Assembly (NCBI GenBank): GCA_013334525.1
Contig: JAAXXK010000009.1
Coordinates: forward strand, 6,624-70,623
From: Chlorobiaceae bacterium
Lineage (GTDB): Bacteria > Bacteroidota > Chlorobiia > Chlorobiales > Chlorobiaceae
Length of the DNA stretch: 64,000 bases
Direction: 5' to 3'
Shown here: positions 1 through 8,989 of the stretch, one piece after another
How the letters are laid out: every line of letters starts with the position of its first letter
Position numbering within the stretch: the stretch's first letter is position 1
Notes under the pieces: model-generated
Database searches by the model: none
The model's input: the letters and a program-made list of their open reading frames with translations, nothing else
What the model was told of the DNA's origin: nothing
Translations under genes and position numbers: made by a program

Positions 1-249
1 AAGCATGTATGCATAGACCGGGATCGGGTGCTTGTGCCATCCTGTCGAACCGCCAGGCGGAATATGGACGACTAGGGCCGTAACCTCGGGGCTGTCGGAT
101 TTGTTGTACGAAAGCTGCTGTCCCGTGTATGTGGTCGATGAGACAAGCAACTTGTCGACCTTGACGTTAGCATATCCATCGGCGTTTGCTGCAGTTGGCA
201 TCAACCAGAACATCAGCAAAGGAATGATCGCGATAAAGCGTTTTTTCAT
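1..249 (-). CDS. cupin-domain protein, N-terminal part (gene runs off the window start)
   Basis: Absent from the ORF track because it has no in-window stop. Reverse complement from ATG at 249 reads MKKRFIAIIPLLMFWLMPTAANA (signal peptide) ... PPGGSTGWHKHPIPVYAYML, which contains cupin motif G-x5-H-x-H. AGGAG lies just upstream of the ATG. Confidence 0.7.
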   Translation of the reverse strand, partial: MKKRFIAIIPLLMFWLMPTAANADGYANVKVDKLLVSSTTYTGQQLSYNKSDSPEVTALVVHIPPGGSTGWHKHPIPVYAYML

Positions 250-531
250 TATTGCTCCTGAATTTTACCGGGTTACCATTGAAGATATACGAACTGCCGA
301 TAGGTGTCGATAAAGCCTGATTCGACAATCCCGTAAACATAAAGTTACTGAATTCTTTCTATCGGGGCGACAGGTTGATTCCCCATCAGCTGTCGCAGAA
401 AATGGAAACGCCGGTTTGTTAGTGATTAATCGGGCTATTTATACGGCAAAAGATCGATGAATGTAAAACGTATCTGGAGTAATAGCTATATTGGGCATTG
501 CCATTCAATACAAGCTGTACCGAAAACCCTT

Positions 532-1410
532 ATGGAACCTGGCCCAGGCCCGAAACCGGATTGGCTTAAGATCAAGTTGGCTACGGGCTCTTCGTTCGCC
601 TCGACAAGGCAACTGCTTACCCGTCATAGCCTGCATACTGTTTGCCGCTCGGCAATGTGCCCTAACCTGCATGAGTGCTGGTCGAAAGGCACGGCCACCT
701 TCCTGCTGCTTGGTAATGTTTGCACCCGCTCATGCCGGTTCTGCGCCGTTGCTACCGAATCCCGTCCTGAACTACCCGATACCAGGGAACCAGCCCGGAT
801 CGCTGAAGCTGTCAAAACAATGAAATTGCGACACGCCGTTCTGACGAGCGTCAATCGCGACGACCTCCCGGATGGAGGGGCCGGTCACTGGGCTGAAACG
901 ATAAGGGCGATACGTGCCGTAAATCCTTCGGTCAGCATCGAATGCCTGATTCCCGATTTCAATGGAAACGATCAGTCCCTCGACCAGGTCATGGCCGAAG
1001 CTCCCGAGGTGCTGAACCATAACATCGAAACCGTTCCTTCGCTCTATCACAAGGTCCGTCCCCAGGCTGACTACTCCGTATCCCTTTCTATAATTGAACG
1101 GGCACGTCAGAAGTTCAGGCTGGCCACCAAATCGGGCATGATGGTCGGAATGGGTGAAACTTCACCGGAGGTGGAAGCCTCGCTCCTCGACCTGCGCCGC
1201 CACGGTTGCGATATGGTAACCATCGGCCAGTACCTTCAGCCGACGGCGGCTCACCTGCCGGTCACTCGTTACGTTACACCCGACGAGTTCGAATATTATC
1301 GATGCTTCGCACAGCAGGCAGGCTTCAGGCATGTCCAGTCAGCCCCGTTCGTGCGCAGTTCATATCATGCCGAGGCCTTCAGCCCGGCAGAACCGGAAGC
1401 TCTTTCATAA
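532..1410 (+). CDS. lipA: lipoyl synthase
   Basis: Radical-SAM CxxxCxxC ([10 protein letters not shown]) plus the lipoyl-synthase N-terminal Cys cluster ([13 protein letters not shown]). The longest ORF starts at 457. The Met at 532 ([16 protein letters not shown]) gives about 292 aa, a typical length. Confidence 0.9.
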   Translation: MEPGPGPKPDWLKIKLATGSSFASTRQLLTRHSLHTVCRSAMCPNLHECWSKGTATFLLLGNVCTRSCRFCAVATESRPELPDTREPARIAEAVKTMKLRHAVLTSVNRDDLPDGGAGHWAETIRAIRAVNPSVSIECLIPDFNGNDQSLDQVMAEAPEVLNHNIETVPSLYHKVRPQADYSVSLSIIERARQKFRLATKSGMMVGMGETSPEVEASLLDLRRHGCDMVTIGQYLQPTAAHLPVTRYVTPDEFEYYRCFAQQAGFRHVQSAPFVRSSYHAEAFSPAEPEALS

Positions 1411-1430
1411 ACCCTAACCCCGACTTAACC

Positions 1431-2009
1431 ATGTCACCTTCTGTAACCTTGATGGTTTTTGCCTACTGGGCTGTTGCGGTCATCATTGGCCTGGTCTTTT
1501 TCCGTAAGGACATTCTAACGTTTGACACCAAATTCGACACCAGGCGAATCATCCTGCTGGTGTTCTCGGTTGTGATCCTTGCCGTCAACGCTTATGTCTA
1601 CTCCCATTCGACCTCAGATGGCGGCAGGTCGGTGGATGCACTGAGCGTCCTGGTATTCAGCATAGGCAACGGCGTTGCGGAAACCTTTTATTTCTATGCA
1701 TTTTTCAGGCTGGGTGAAAGCCTTGTCGGCAGATTCACCGCCAACCAGTGGGCACGGTTCATCGTCGGCTTTGTTTTCTTCATGATCTACAGCGGAATCA
1801 TCCACAGGTTCTTCTGGCTTGATATCCTTCCTACCCACGTTGTCCAGACAAGCCCGTTCAAACCATTTTTCATGCCTGTGCAGCTCATGATCGCAAGCAG
1901 CTGGGCGCTTGCTTTTTTCTGGTACCGCGACCTTCGCACCGTCATCATCCTGCATTCGCTAGTCGATTTAACCATGATCTTGAGTGTCAAGTTCTCATTG
2001 TTCAATTGA
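1431..2009 (+). CDS. polytopic membrane protein, function unknown (weak CPBP/CAAX-protease-like E...H...HxxxD pattern)
   Basis: The track ORF 1206..2009 overlaps lipA out of frame. The hydrophobic protein begins at MSPSVTLMVFAYW (1431) and has about 6 predicted TM segments. Motifs GVAE, GIIH and HSLVD are only suggestive. Confidence 0.6.
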   Translation: MSPSVTLMVFAYWAVAVIIGLVFFRKDILTFDTKFDTRRIILLVFSVVILAVNAYVYSHSTSDGGRSVDALSVLVFSIGNGVAETFYFYAFFRLGESLVGRFTANQWARFIVGFVFFMIYSGIIHRFFWLDILPTHVVQTSPFKPFFMPVQLMIASSWALAFFWYRDLRTVIILHSLVDLTMILSVKFSLFN

Positions 2010-2019
2010 AAGGCATATC

Positions 2020-2718
2020 ATGAAACCATACTCTGAAACCGTTCTCGTTGCAGGCGCCACCGGGCGAACAGGCCAATGGATTGTCCGGCGCCTGCTGGCC
2101 CATGGCATCGATTTCCGCCTTTTCGTCCGCTCAGGAACCAAAGCGATAGAGCTGTTTGGTCCGGAATGCGTCGACAGCCTCGCCATCGGCTCGATCGAAA
2201 ACGCTTTTGAGATTGATGCCGCCGTCAAGGGGTGCAGTGCCGTCATCTCGGCTATCGGCGCATATGTCACCGATCCGGACGCCCCTCCACCATCAGCGAT
2301 TGAAAGGGATGGTATGAAGCGGTTCGCGGAGGCGGCCCGCAACGCAGGTGTGGCAAAGTTCATTCAGGTGACCTCCCTTGCTGTGACCAGGCCGGAGCAT
2401 CCGTTGAACAAGTATGGAGATGTGCTGAATATGAAACTGCTGGGAGAAAACGCGATCAGGTCACTTTACTCCGGCTCCGGCTTTTCCCATACGATCCTTC
2501 GTCCCGGAGGATTGCTGGACGGGGTACCTTTCAGGCATGAGCTGCTGTTCGATAAGGGAGACACCATCACCGGCACTATAGACCGTAGCGACGTTGCTGA
2601 GGCCGCAGTGATCTCTCTTTGGCATCCGAAAGCCTGTAACCAGACCTTCGAACTCATAAAGGCCAGTGATGCCGAGCTTCCCCAGCAATCGCTCGAACCC
2701 TTCTTCGACCAGCTCTGA
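2020..2718 (+). CDS. NAD(P)-binding atypical SDR (NmrA-like) family oxidoreductase
   Basis: Rossmann motif VLVAGATGRTGQWIVRRLL directly after the Met at 2020 (MKPYSETV). Length is about 232 aa. Confidence 0.75.
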   Translation: MKPYSETVLVAGATGRTGQWIVRRLLAHGIDFRLFVRSGTKAIELFGPECVDSLAIGSIENAFEIDAAVKGCSAVISAIGAYVTDPDAPPPSAIERDGMKRFAEAARNAGVAKFIQVTSLAVTRPEHPLNKYGDVLNMKLLGENAIRSLYSGSGFSHTILRPGGLLDGVPFRHELLFDKGDTITGTIDRSDVAEAAVISLWHPKACNQTFELIKASDAELPQQSLEPFFDQL

Positions 2719-2760
2719 AGGGCCATTCTCCCCAAGCTGGTTGGTAACATAAAATTCGTA

Positions 2761-2801
2761 AAAAAAGGCAGCCTCACGATGACTTGTGAGGCTGCCTTTT
2801 T
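2761..2801. terminator. bidirectional rho-independent terminator between convergent SDR and dsbD genes
   Basis: 12-bp perfect stem aggcagcctcac / gtgaggctgcct (2766-2777 / 2786-2797), flanked by A6 upstream and T5 downstream. Confidence 0.8.
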
Positions 2802-2908
2802 ACAATGGTAACGCCAGCTGTTCAGCACAGCCCAGGCTCCGTCTCTCTTCCTTCCACTTAAGTCCCTTATGTCTTTGTCGTCCTTTTGGTCCTTCAGGGA
2901 TTCTACCG

Positions 2909-4813
2909 TTATTTGGCACTTTCCAGATGGGTTAAAAACGGAGCAGCCTCCATAAATCCTATGACCCTGTTTGCCGATAATTCACTTCCGGATTTATCGA
3001 AAAATATGATGGCTGGAGGACCGAACAGGCCGAAGCGCTTCATAAGGGCCTTGTCAGCATCGGTGTTATTGGTAACATCGACCTGCAGGATCGTTAAACC
3101 GGACATCCCGGCCTGCACCTTTGCATCGCTGAAGGTGAACTTCTCCATCTCCTTGCAGGAGGTGCACCAGTCGGCATAGAAGTCGAGCATAACCGGTTTG
3201 CCGGAAGCTTTGAGCTCCCTGTCAAGATCATCGATGGTTTGTATCCTTTTGAAAACAGGCTTTTTGCTTTCCCCGGCAGGGGCTGCTGACGAGCCGTGAA
3301 GTCCGGAGAGCGGCTCAAGTGCACTGGTGCTTCCGGATGCAGCCCCTACTAGTTCCAGGACACCGATCACGAACAGCATCAGCCCCAAAGCCTTGGTGAA
3401 CTTGCCCGAAATGCTCATTTTTTCTGACGGCGGGTTGAGTAGTCCGGCAAATACCGAGCACAGAATCGCCCAACCTCCCCATGCGACCATCAGCGCCTGC
3501 GGCGGCAATACCGGGTTTACCATCCAGATGGCAACGGCTATAAGGAGCAGGCCGAACACATATTTGACTCCTATCATCCAGGCTCCGGCCTTCGGCAGCA
3601 GGCTTCCGGCAGAGAGGCCGATCAGAAGAAGCGGTACGCTCATGCCCATGGCCATGGAAAACAGCGCCAGTCCGCCGATCACCACATCTTTCGTCTGGCT
3701 GATATAGACCAGCGTACCTGCCAGCGGTGCGGCAACGCATGGGCCGACGATCAACGCTGAAATGGCGCCCATAAAGAATACACCGGCGAACCGTCCGCCC
3801 TTCAGGTTTCCGGTAGTCTTGTTCAGGCGGGTCTGCAAGGACGCGGGAATCTGCAACTGATAAACATCAAACATCGAAAGCGAAAGCAGTACGAGCAACA
3901 TTGCGAACATTACCAGTACCCAGGGTTTCTGAAGCGCCCCGGCAAGGCCTTCACCGGCAAGGCCCGCAGCCACGCCGAGAGTCGTGTAGACCAGCGCCAT
4001 GCCTAGGCAGTATGCTACTGCCATCAGGAAGCTTTTTGTACGGGTCACCTCTCCTTCACCGACGATGATCGACGACAGGATTGGAACCATCGGCAACACG
4101 CATGGGGTAAAAGAGAGCAGGAGTCCGAAGACCAGAAACGCCAGGGATATTTTCCAAAGGCTTCCGCCTTCGAGGGTGGAACGTGCCAGCGACATATCAT
4201 CTCCCCCTTTTTTCTCCTTTGGAGGGGTCTGTATTTCAGCCGCCTTTACCGATTCTGGTGATGGCGACGGTGCCGCTGAAACTGAAACAGGTGATTGAAC
4301 CGCTGGCGATGCGACATCAGAAGCGGCTTTTGCGCCAGTTCCAATGCTGCCCGGGTCGATAGCGAATACGCGTTTCATGGGTGGATAGCACAGGCCGTCC
4401 TCGGCACATCCCTGGTATTCGACATTCAGCTTGAATGGCCCTGAGGCTTTCTCAATCGGAACATTGAGCGCAAGGCGATCGTGATAGATCAAAACCTTCT
4501 CGTTGGTCGACGGGTCGACTATCGTGATGCCGGCCGGCATTACCGGAGCTTTCAGTTTCGCATTTCCACTTTCGACGCCCACCTTGATCTGGTCGCGGTA
4601 AAGTTTGTAGCCTTTGGCGATCTGCCAGTTTACCGCTATTGAATTGTTGCCGGTCAGTTTCGCACTGACCTTGAACGCTTGTTCGGGATCGAGAAATTCC
4701 CCTGCGAAGCTGGACACGGAACTCATGCAAAGCACAAGAAACATACCGATAACGGCAAGAACGGCTCTTTTGGATGTTTTAATCATGAATCTTGATTTAT
4801 CTATAGGGTTCAT
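2909..4813 (-). CDS. dsbD: thiol:disulfide interchange protein DsbD (three-domain)
   Basis: N-terminal periplasmic domain with GCAEDGLCYPP. Central CcdA-like TM core with TPCVLPM and GPCVAAP. C-terminal thioredoxin DFYADWCTSCKEM. The ATG overlaps the apbE stop (ATGA). Confidence 0.9.
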   Translation of the reverse strand: MNPIDKSRFMIKTSKRAVLAVIGMFLVLCMSSVSSFAGEFLDPEQAFKVSAKLTGNNSIAVNWQIAKGYKLYRDQIKVGVESGNAKLKAPVMPAGITIVDPSTNEKVLIYHDRLALNVPIEKASGPFKLNVEYQGCAEDGLCYPPMKRVFAIDPGSIGTGAKAASDVASPAVQSPVSVSAAPSPSPESVKAAEIQTPPKEKKGGDDMSLARSTLEGGSLWKISLAFLVFGLLLSFTPCVLPMVPILSSIIVGEGEVTRTKSFLMAVAYCLGMALVYTTLGVAAGLAGEGLAGALQKPWVLVMFAMLLVLLSLSMFDVYQLQIPASLQTRLNKTTGNLKGGRFAGVFFMGAISALIVGPCVAAPLAGTLVYISQTKDVVIGGLALFSMAMGMSVPLLLIGLSAGSLLPKAGAWMIGVKYVFGLLLIAVAIWMVNPVLPPQALMVAWGGWAILCSVFAGLLNPPSEKMSISGKFTKALGLMLFVIGVLELVGAASGSTSALEPLSGLHGSSAAPAGESKKPVFKRIQTIDDLDRELKASGKPVMLDFYADWCTSCKEMEKFTFSDAKVQAGMSGLTILQVDVTNNTDADKALMKRFGLFGPPAIIFFDKSGSELSANRVIGFMEAAPFLTHLESAK

Positions 4814-5691
4814 TCGTTGTGATACATTTTTCCTGACTGGTCGATTGCAAAGTACATCATGCCTGACTGCCTGAGATAGCTCAGCCCGTCAGACTCTTTG
4901 AGCATGGCTATTGTCGTGCAACTGCCGGCAGTTGTCGCCAGCGGCGCAAGAACGGTAATTGAGCGCCAGAAGCTTACCGGAAAACCTGAAACGGGGTTGA
5001 GGATATGGCAGTATCGCCGGCCACCCGTCTCAAAAAACCTCTCATAGTCACCGCTGGTAGCCAATCCCCCGCTGTAGATCGGTATTGAAGCGATCATTTT
5101 TTCGCTGTTGCGCGGGTCCTGAATTCCAATGATCCACGGTTCTCCGCCCGGCTTTGGTCCGATCACCCTGATATCGCCGGCAAGGTTCACGTAACCGCTG
5201 GTCACACCATTTTCAAGAAGTATTGTCGCAGCCGCATCAGCGGCATACTCCTTGCCGATTCCTCCGAAATCGAGCTGCATACCTTTGAGCTGCAGCCTGA
5301 TGGAGTTGCCTTTACGCTCAACCTGTTTCCAGCCGATCAGCTTCAGGAGAGGAAAGAGCGATTCTGGAGCGGGCACCTTGGCCTTGTCGAAATCCCATGC
5401 TCTCCTGAGAACGCCGGAGGTAATGTCAAAAAGTCCGTCGCTGCCCTGATAAAGCACATCAGCATAGTCCAGCAATGCCGAAGTCTCCTCGTCGCATTCC
5501 ACCCAATCGTCGGCAGCAGCTTCGTTGATTTTCGACACGACACTCCCGGCAAGATAACGGGAATACTTGCGTTCGATCCTTCCGACTTCCTTTATGCCGA
5601 CTGCCGATATCGCCTTCGCCTCTTTTTTTGCTGTAGAGGCAATCACGATCTCGCATCCGCAGCCCATTGCCCTGAATCCGATACGAAACAT
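4810..5691 (-). CDS. apbE: FAD:protein FMN transferase (ApbE family), no signal peptide or lipobox
   Basis: ApbE-like blocks FRAMGCGCEIVI, LDFGGIGKEYAAD, LATSGDYERFF and HILNP. Only about 50 nt separate the first Met from the upstream stop, so no leader peptide is possible. Confidence 0.85.
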   Translation of the reverse strand: MFRIGFRAMGCGCEIVIASTAKKEAKAISAVGIKEVGRIERKYSRYLAGSVVSKINEAAADDWVECDEETSALLDYADVLYQGSDGLFDITSGVLRRAWDFDKAKVPAPESLFPLLKLIGWKQVERKGNSIRLQLKGMQLDFGGIGKEYAADAAATILLENGVTSGYVNLAGDIRVIGPKPGGEPWIIGIQDPRNSEKMIASIPIYSGGLATSGDYERFFETGGRRYCHILNPVSGFPVSFWRSITVLAPLATTAGSCTTIAMLKESDGLSYLRQSGMMYFAIDQSGKMYHNE

Positions 5692-5741
5692 TGTAGGTCG
5701 TATTACATCATGGAAACCTCATCACAAAAACACAAGAACTA

Positions 5742-6962
5742 TCAGAATTTACGGGAAAATCCAAGCTGAAAGTCCCTGATGTTGAAGTAGGCTATCCCGG
5801 GGTCTCCATGACCATTGATGCACCAGTTGTAGCGCTGCTGGTATTGTTCATACCTGACATCGGCAAGCCAGCTGCGCCCGAGATCCCTGCTCACCTTCAG
5901 GCCGTAACTGAAAGCACCGAATGCCGACAGGCGCTGATCTTCGGAATAATATGAGGCCCCTGCCGGAGGTGGCGTAGGCGTTGCCGGATCATTCAACTCT
6001 GAGGCTCCGACAGGAACATAGAAATCGGCTGCGCTTTGCGAATGAAACCTGACAAGCGGCGTCAGCACCCATCCTTTCGACAACGGCTGGACATATTCGG
6101 CATCGAAAGTGTGCGCCCTTACACCGAAGGTATCAGAGTAATAACGGTAGGACAATCTGCCGGTTCCGTCAGTACCTTCAAAATGGTGGTTCCAGCGAGT
6201 CATGACCGTATAGATGTTACGATGGTCCGGCCTGAGGTCCGGTGCTTTATAGGGATCGGAGTAATAGCCGTGACCATGGGTATAAGTCAGGTTCAACTGG
6301 ACGATGTCGTTTTTGGAGACGACCTGGGTCAAGCCGACCAGCCCGGAATAGACTTTTTTCCTGCCTGTCGCAAGCTGAAATTTGGCAGGATCAACAGCTG
6401 GCTTGTCCAGGGCAATGGTATCTCTGTTATATGCGGTACCGAGACTTAAGGTAGTATTCTTGTCTTCAGTCGACAGCGTGCCGTTTAAAGAGAGACCTCT
6501 GGAGATGTAATCAGACTCCTGGGAGTAAGTTGCACCGGCACTCAGGGTGCCTCTCGAAAAATATCGGGTTACCGAAATATCCCCTGCATGACGAAGCTCT
6601 CCGGAAGCTCCTGAAGCAGCATCGTGTTTCGGAGAGCTGGATGGAAAACCGGAAGAGTGGTATAATGGGGAGGCGCCTGTAATTGAATCTTCAATGAAAG
6701 TTGCAGAGATGGACCACTTGCCGGCAATCGGCACCATGCCCATAAACGAGAGAGCGTTGACATTGATTCTGTCCCGCGTCATTCCAGCCGTTTGGGCAGT
6801 ATCGCCTGACTGGCTGTCGTGATAATTCAGATATTTGATGCCGACGATCGCCCGATCGGGCGCAGCTTCGGCATAGATGCTCTTTGGGGATGGCGAAAGC
6901 ATCGCTGCAGATGCAACAAGAATGCTGAAAACAGTAGATTTTGTTGTCAAACCCAAAGCCAT
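5742..6962 (-). CDS. outer-membrane beta-barrel protein, DUF3570-like
   Basis: Signal peptide, alternating beta-strand pattern and C-terminal ...QLGFSRKF (terminal Phe). The position between a DUF4266-like lipoprotein and ApbE matches a neighbourhood I recall for DUF3570. It contains DSITGAS and DAASGAS motifs. Confidence 0.65.
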   Translation of the reverse strand: MALGLTTKSTVFSILVASAAMLSPSPKSIYAEAAPDRAIVGIKYLNYHDSQSGDTAQTAGMTRDRINVNALSFMGMVPIAGKWSISATFIEDSITGASPLYHSSGFPSSSPKHDAASGASGELRHAGDISVTRYFSRGTLSAGATYSQESDYISRGLSLNGTLSTEDKNTTLSLGTAYNRDTIALDKPAVDPAKFQLATGRKKVYSGLVGLTQVVSKNDIVQLNLTYTHGHGYYSDPYKAPDLRPDHRNIYTVMTRWNHHFEGTDGTGRLSYRYYSDTFGVRAHTFDAEYVQPLSKGWVLTPLVRFHSQSAADFYVPVGASELNDPATPTPPPAGASYYSEDQRLSAFGAFSYGLKVSRDLGRSWLADVRYEQYQQRYNWCINGHGDPGIAYFNIRDFQLGFSRKF

Positions 6963-7000
6963 ACGTCCGATCCCTTAATGATTATTTCGCAGATATCGCA

Positions 7001-7231
7001 TCAATTACATCCGCAACCGCCACCGCCAACCCCGGCTCCTCCTGAAGCAGCCTCCTTGCTACCGTAGATATGCTCGGAATATCCGCTATCAAGCCTGTCG
7101 CCTTCGAAAGTCATCTCAGGTTTGGCCAGGTTCTGCTTTTCCCAGGGCTTGACGCTGGAACATCCAGAGAGGGTTGAGATCATCAACAGAAACAGGGCCG
7201 ATACCCAGGATAGAAAAATCATTATTTTCAT
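7001..7231 (-). CDS. small lipoprotein, DUF4266-like, with Gly-rich GGGGCGCN C-terminus
   Basis: Lipobox LSGC after a hydrophobic leader. 76 aa with a C-terminal GGAGVGGGGCGCN tail. The start overlaps the stop of the upstream tlpA-like gene. Confidence 0.65.
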   Translation of the reverse strand: MKIMIFLSWVSALFLLMISTLSGCSSVKPWEKQNLAKPEMTFEGDRLDSGYSEHIYGSKEAASGGAGVGGGGCGCN

Positions 7232-7717
7232 CGCTTATCCTCCAAAGCTGCCTTGATACTGTTTTCAAGTTCCTCCCTGTCGGACTCCCTGAATCCTTGG
7301 TGCTGTAATAGAATCCGGCCATTCCTGTCGATCAGGAAACTTGTCGGCATACCTTTTTCACTGTAACCACGAGCATTTTCTCCCTTCGAATCGAATGCAA
7401 CCGTAAAATGAGCAGGGGTTTGCGCCAGAAACTTTTTGGCATCATCTGTTTTTGCATCAAGGTTGATGCCGATAACCTTAAATCCTTTTGATCTGTATTT
7501 TTCCTGCATCTGGTTTATCCAGCCGAAAGACTGAGGGGCCACACCATGAAGCCCAGAAATCCAGATAGATAACCTCGCCGGCATTAGCTGAGAGGTTGAC
7601 TACTCCATGGACACCGGGTAAAGAGAAATCAGGTGCCTTATCACCTTTCCCGAGGGCATAACTGTTGGAGCACAACCCAAGCGATACAATAATAGCAATA
7701 TAATACGCCCTGGGCAT
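7228..7717 (-). pseudogene. TlpA/ResA-family periplasmic thiol:disulfide oxidoreductase, frame disrupted inside the CxxC motif
   Basis: Frame A (7478..7717) encodes a signal peptide and ...YLDFWASWCGPS, then nonsense. Frame B (7228..7584) continues ...QSFGWINQMQEKYRSKGFKVIGINLD... to a normal thioredoxin-fold C-terminus. The junction is near 7530-7535 (tggtgtggcccc-t-cagtctttc). Confidence 0.7.
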
Positions 7718-8100
7718 TTAATTCCCGAATAGAACCATGAGGTTCAGACGTTGAATGGAGGTATCCGGTTGATCAACAATTCCTATAAAATCTTTTCACA
7801 TGAACACGGCGCAAAAGAAACAGCTGATATTCAAACACTATAGCGCCTGTTGTAACAATCGGTAATAACACGGACACATAAATACCACACAGGCATGATG
7901 ATGAATATCGTGCTTGCTTTCGCTATCAACCATTCTGGAGATCAATCAGGGGTAGATGCAATAAAGGTCATCCAGTTGAATATTTCACATCAATCATTAA
8001 GGTGAAAGCAAACTGGAACTACTCCTATTAATATACAATTCTGATTTATAGCAGGCAAACGCAGAGTAGATCTTATCGCTATTTTTATGAAAAAAGAGAT

Positions 8101-8141
8101 AAAAAAAAACCATGAACCAGCGATTATGCCGGTTCATGGTT
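8101..8141 (-). terminator. rho-independent terminator after the blue-copper gene
   Basis: On the minus strand: aaccatgaacc-ggcataatcgct-ggttcatggtt followed by T9. Confidence 0.8.
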
Positions 8142-8167
8142 TATAGACAATCAGCTTTTAATGCCGC

Positions 8168-8761
8168 TTACTTTGCCATTTTGAGGGCTACAGTTGCTGT
8201 GCCACCATCGGCTACGGTAACTGTGGTTTTGCCTTGTGGTTTCAGCTTCTCGCTCCATGCCGTGATTTCGTAGGTACCGGCAGGAACGTTGGGGATAGAG
8301 AATTTTCCGTCTGCGCCGGTTACAGCATAAGCATTGCTGTCAACAACAACGACATAACCGGACATTTCAGAATGGACATTACAGAGAAGGTTTACAACGC
8401 ATGACTTGTCAAACACAACTGATTTTGTCATGCCGGGATTGTATGTGCCAAGGTTAAACTTCTTGCAGACATCGGCAGAAAAGATGTTGTGGTTAACCTT
8501 GTCGCTGTTCTTGAAATCCACACTGGAACCAGTCGGAACAGCAAGTACATGAGGTATAAATACAAGATTTTTCTGGTCTACTTCAGCTTTTTTCGGCGTA
8601 ATCGGGCCCTTGACACCCTTGAGGTAGACTACCACATCTTTTTTGTATTTCGGAATAGCAACATCGACCGTACCGGTTACCGTGCCGGCACAAAAAGCAT
8701 TCGTTGAAACTAATCCTAAGCCAGCTGCAATAATGGCAGTTTTCAATACTTTACTTTTCAT
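8168..8761 (-). CDS. type-1 (blue) copper cupredoxin fused to a CarboxypepD_reg-like Ig domain, periplasmic
   Basis: Signal peptide. Candidate T1Cu ligands are His91 (DKVNHNIF) and Cys127-x2-His130-x2-Met133 (LLCNVHSEMSGYVVVV), an amicyanin-like spacing. C-terminal GADGKFSIPNVPAGTYEITAW. AAGGAG SD present. Confidence 0.7.
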   Translation of the reverse strand: MKSKVLKTAIIAAGLGLVSTNAFCAGTVTGTVDVAIPKYKKDVVVYLKGVKGPITPKKAEVDQKNLVFIPHVLAVPTGSSVDFKNSDKVNHNIFSADVCKKFNLGTYNPGMTKSVVFDKSCVVNLLCNVHSEMSGYVVVVDSNAYAVTGADGKFSIPNVPAGTYEITAWSEKLKPQGKTTVTVADGGTATVALKMAK

Positions 8762-8989
8762 TCTTCACTCCTTGCTGTTGATGTTAGAATAACGGTAAAG
8801 GAATACTCCTGTACACGCTTTTTGATAAATAAAAGATAAGCAAATACGGACATCCGGTCACAATTCAACTATAGCTTCGTACTTCATGGAATCATAGTGT
8901 GGGAATCGGAAACAACCTCCTCCCCCTTTTACCTATGACGTCATTATGTAACAAAACTATCGTTTCATTGAGTTCCTTGGTTTACAACA

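Noticed and set aside
1206-1430. N-terminal 75 codons of track ORF 1206..2009
   Set aside because: They overlap the lipA 3' end out of frame and are Arg/Pro-rich. The hydrophobic protein plausibly starts at the Met at 1431, 18 nt after the lipA stop.
2761-2801. Similarity between this terminator and the 56987-57038 hairpin, suggesting a repeated element
   Set aside because: Both share AAAAAGGC(A/T)G(C/T)CTCA...TGAGGC(T/A)GCCTTTTT, with one apparently compensatory A/T swap. Only two copies exist, and the shared part is a generic GC-stem plus A/T-shoulder terminator shape. That is not enough evidence for a REP-like family.
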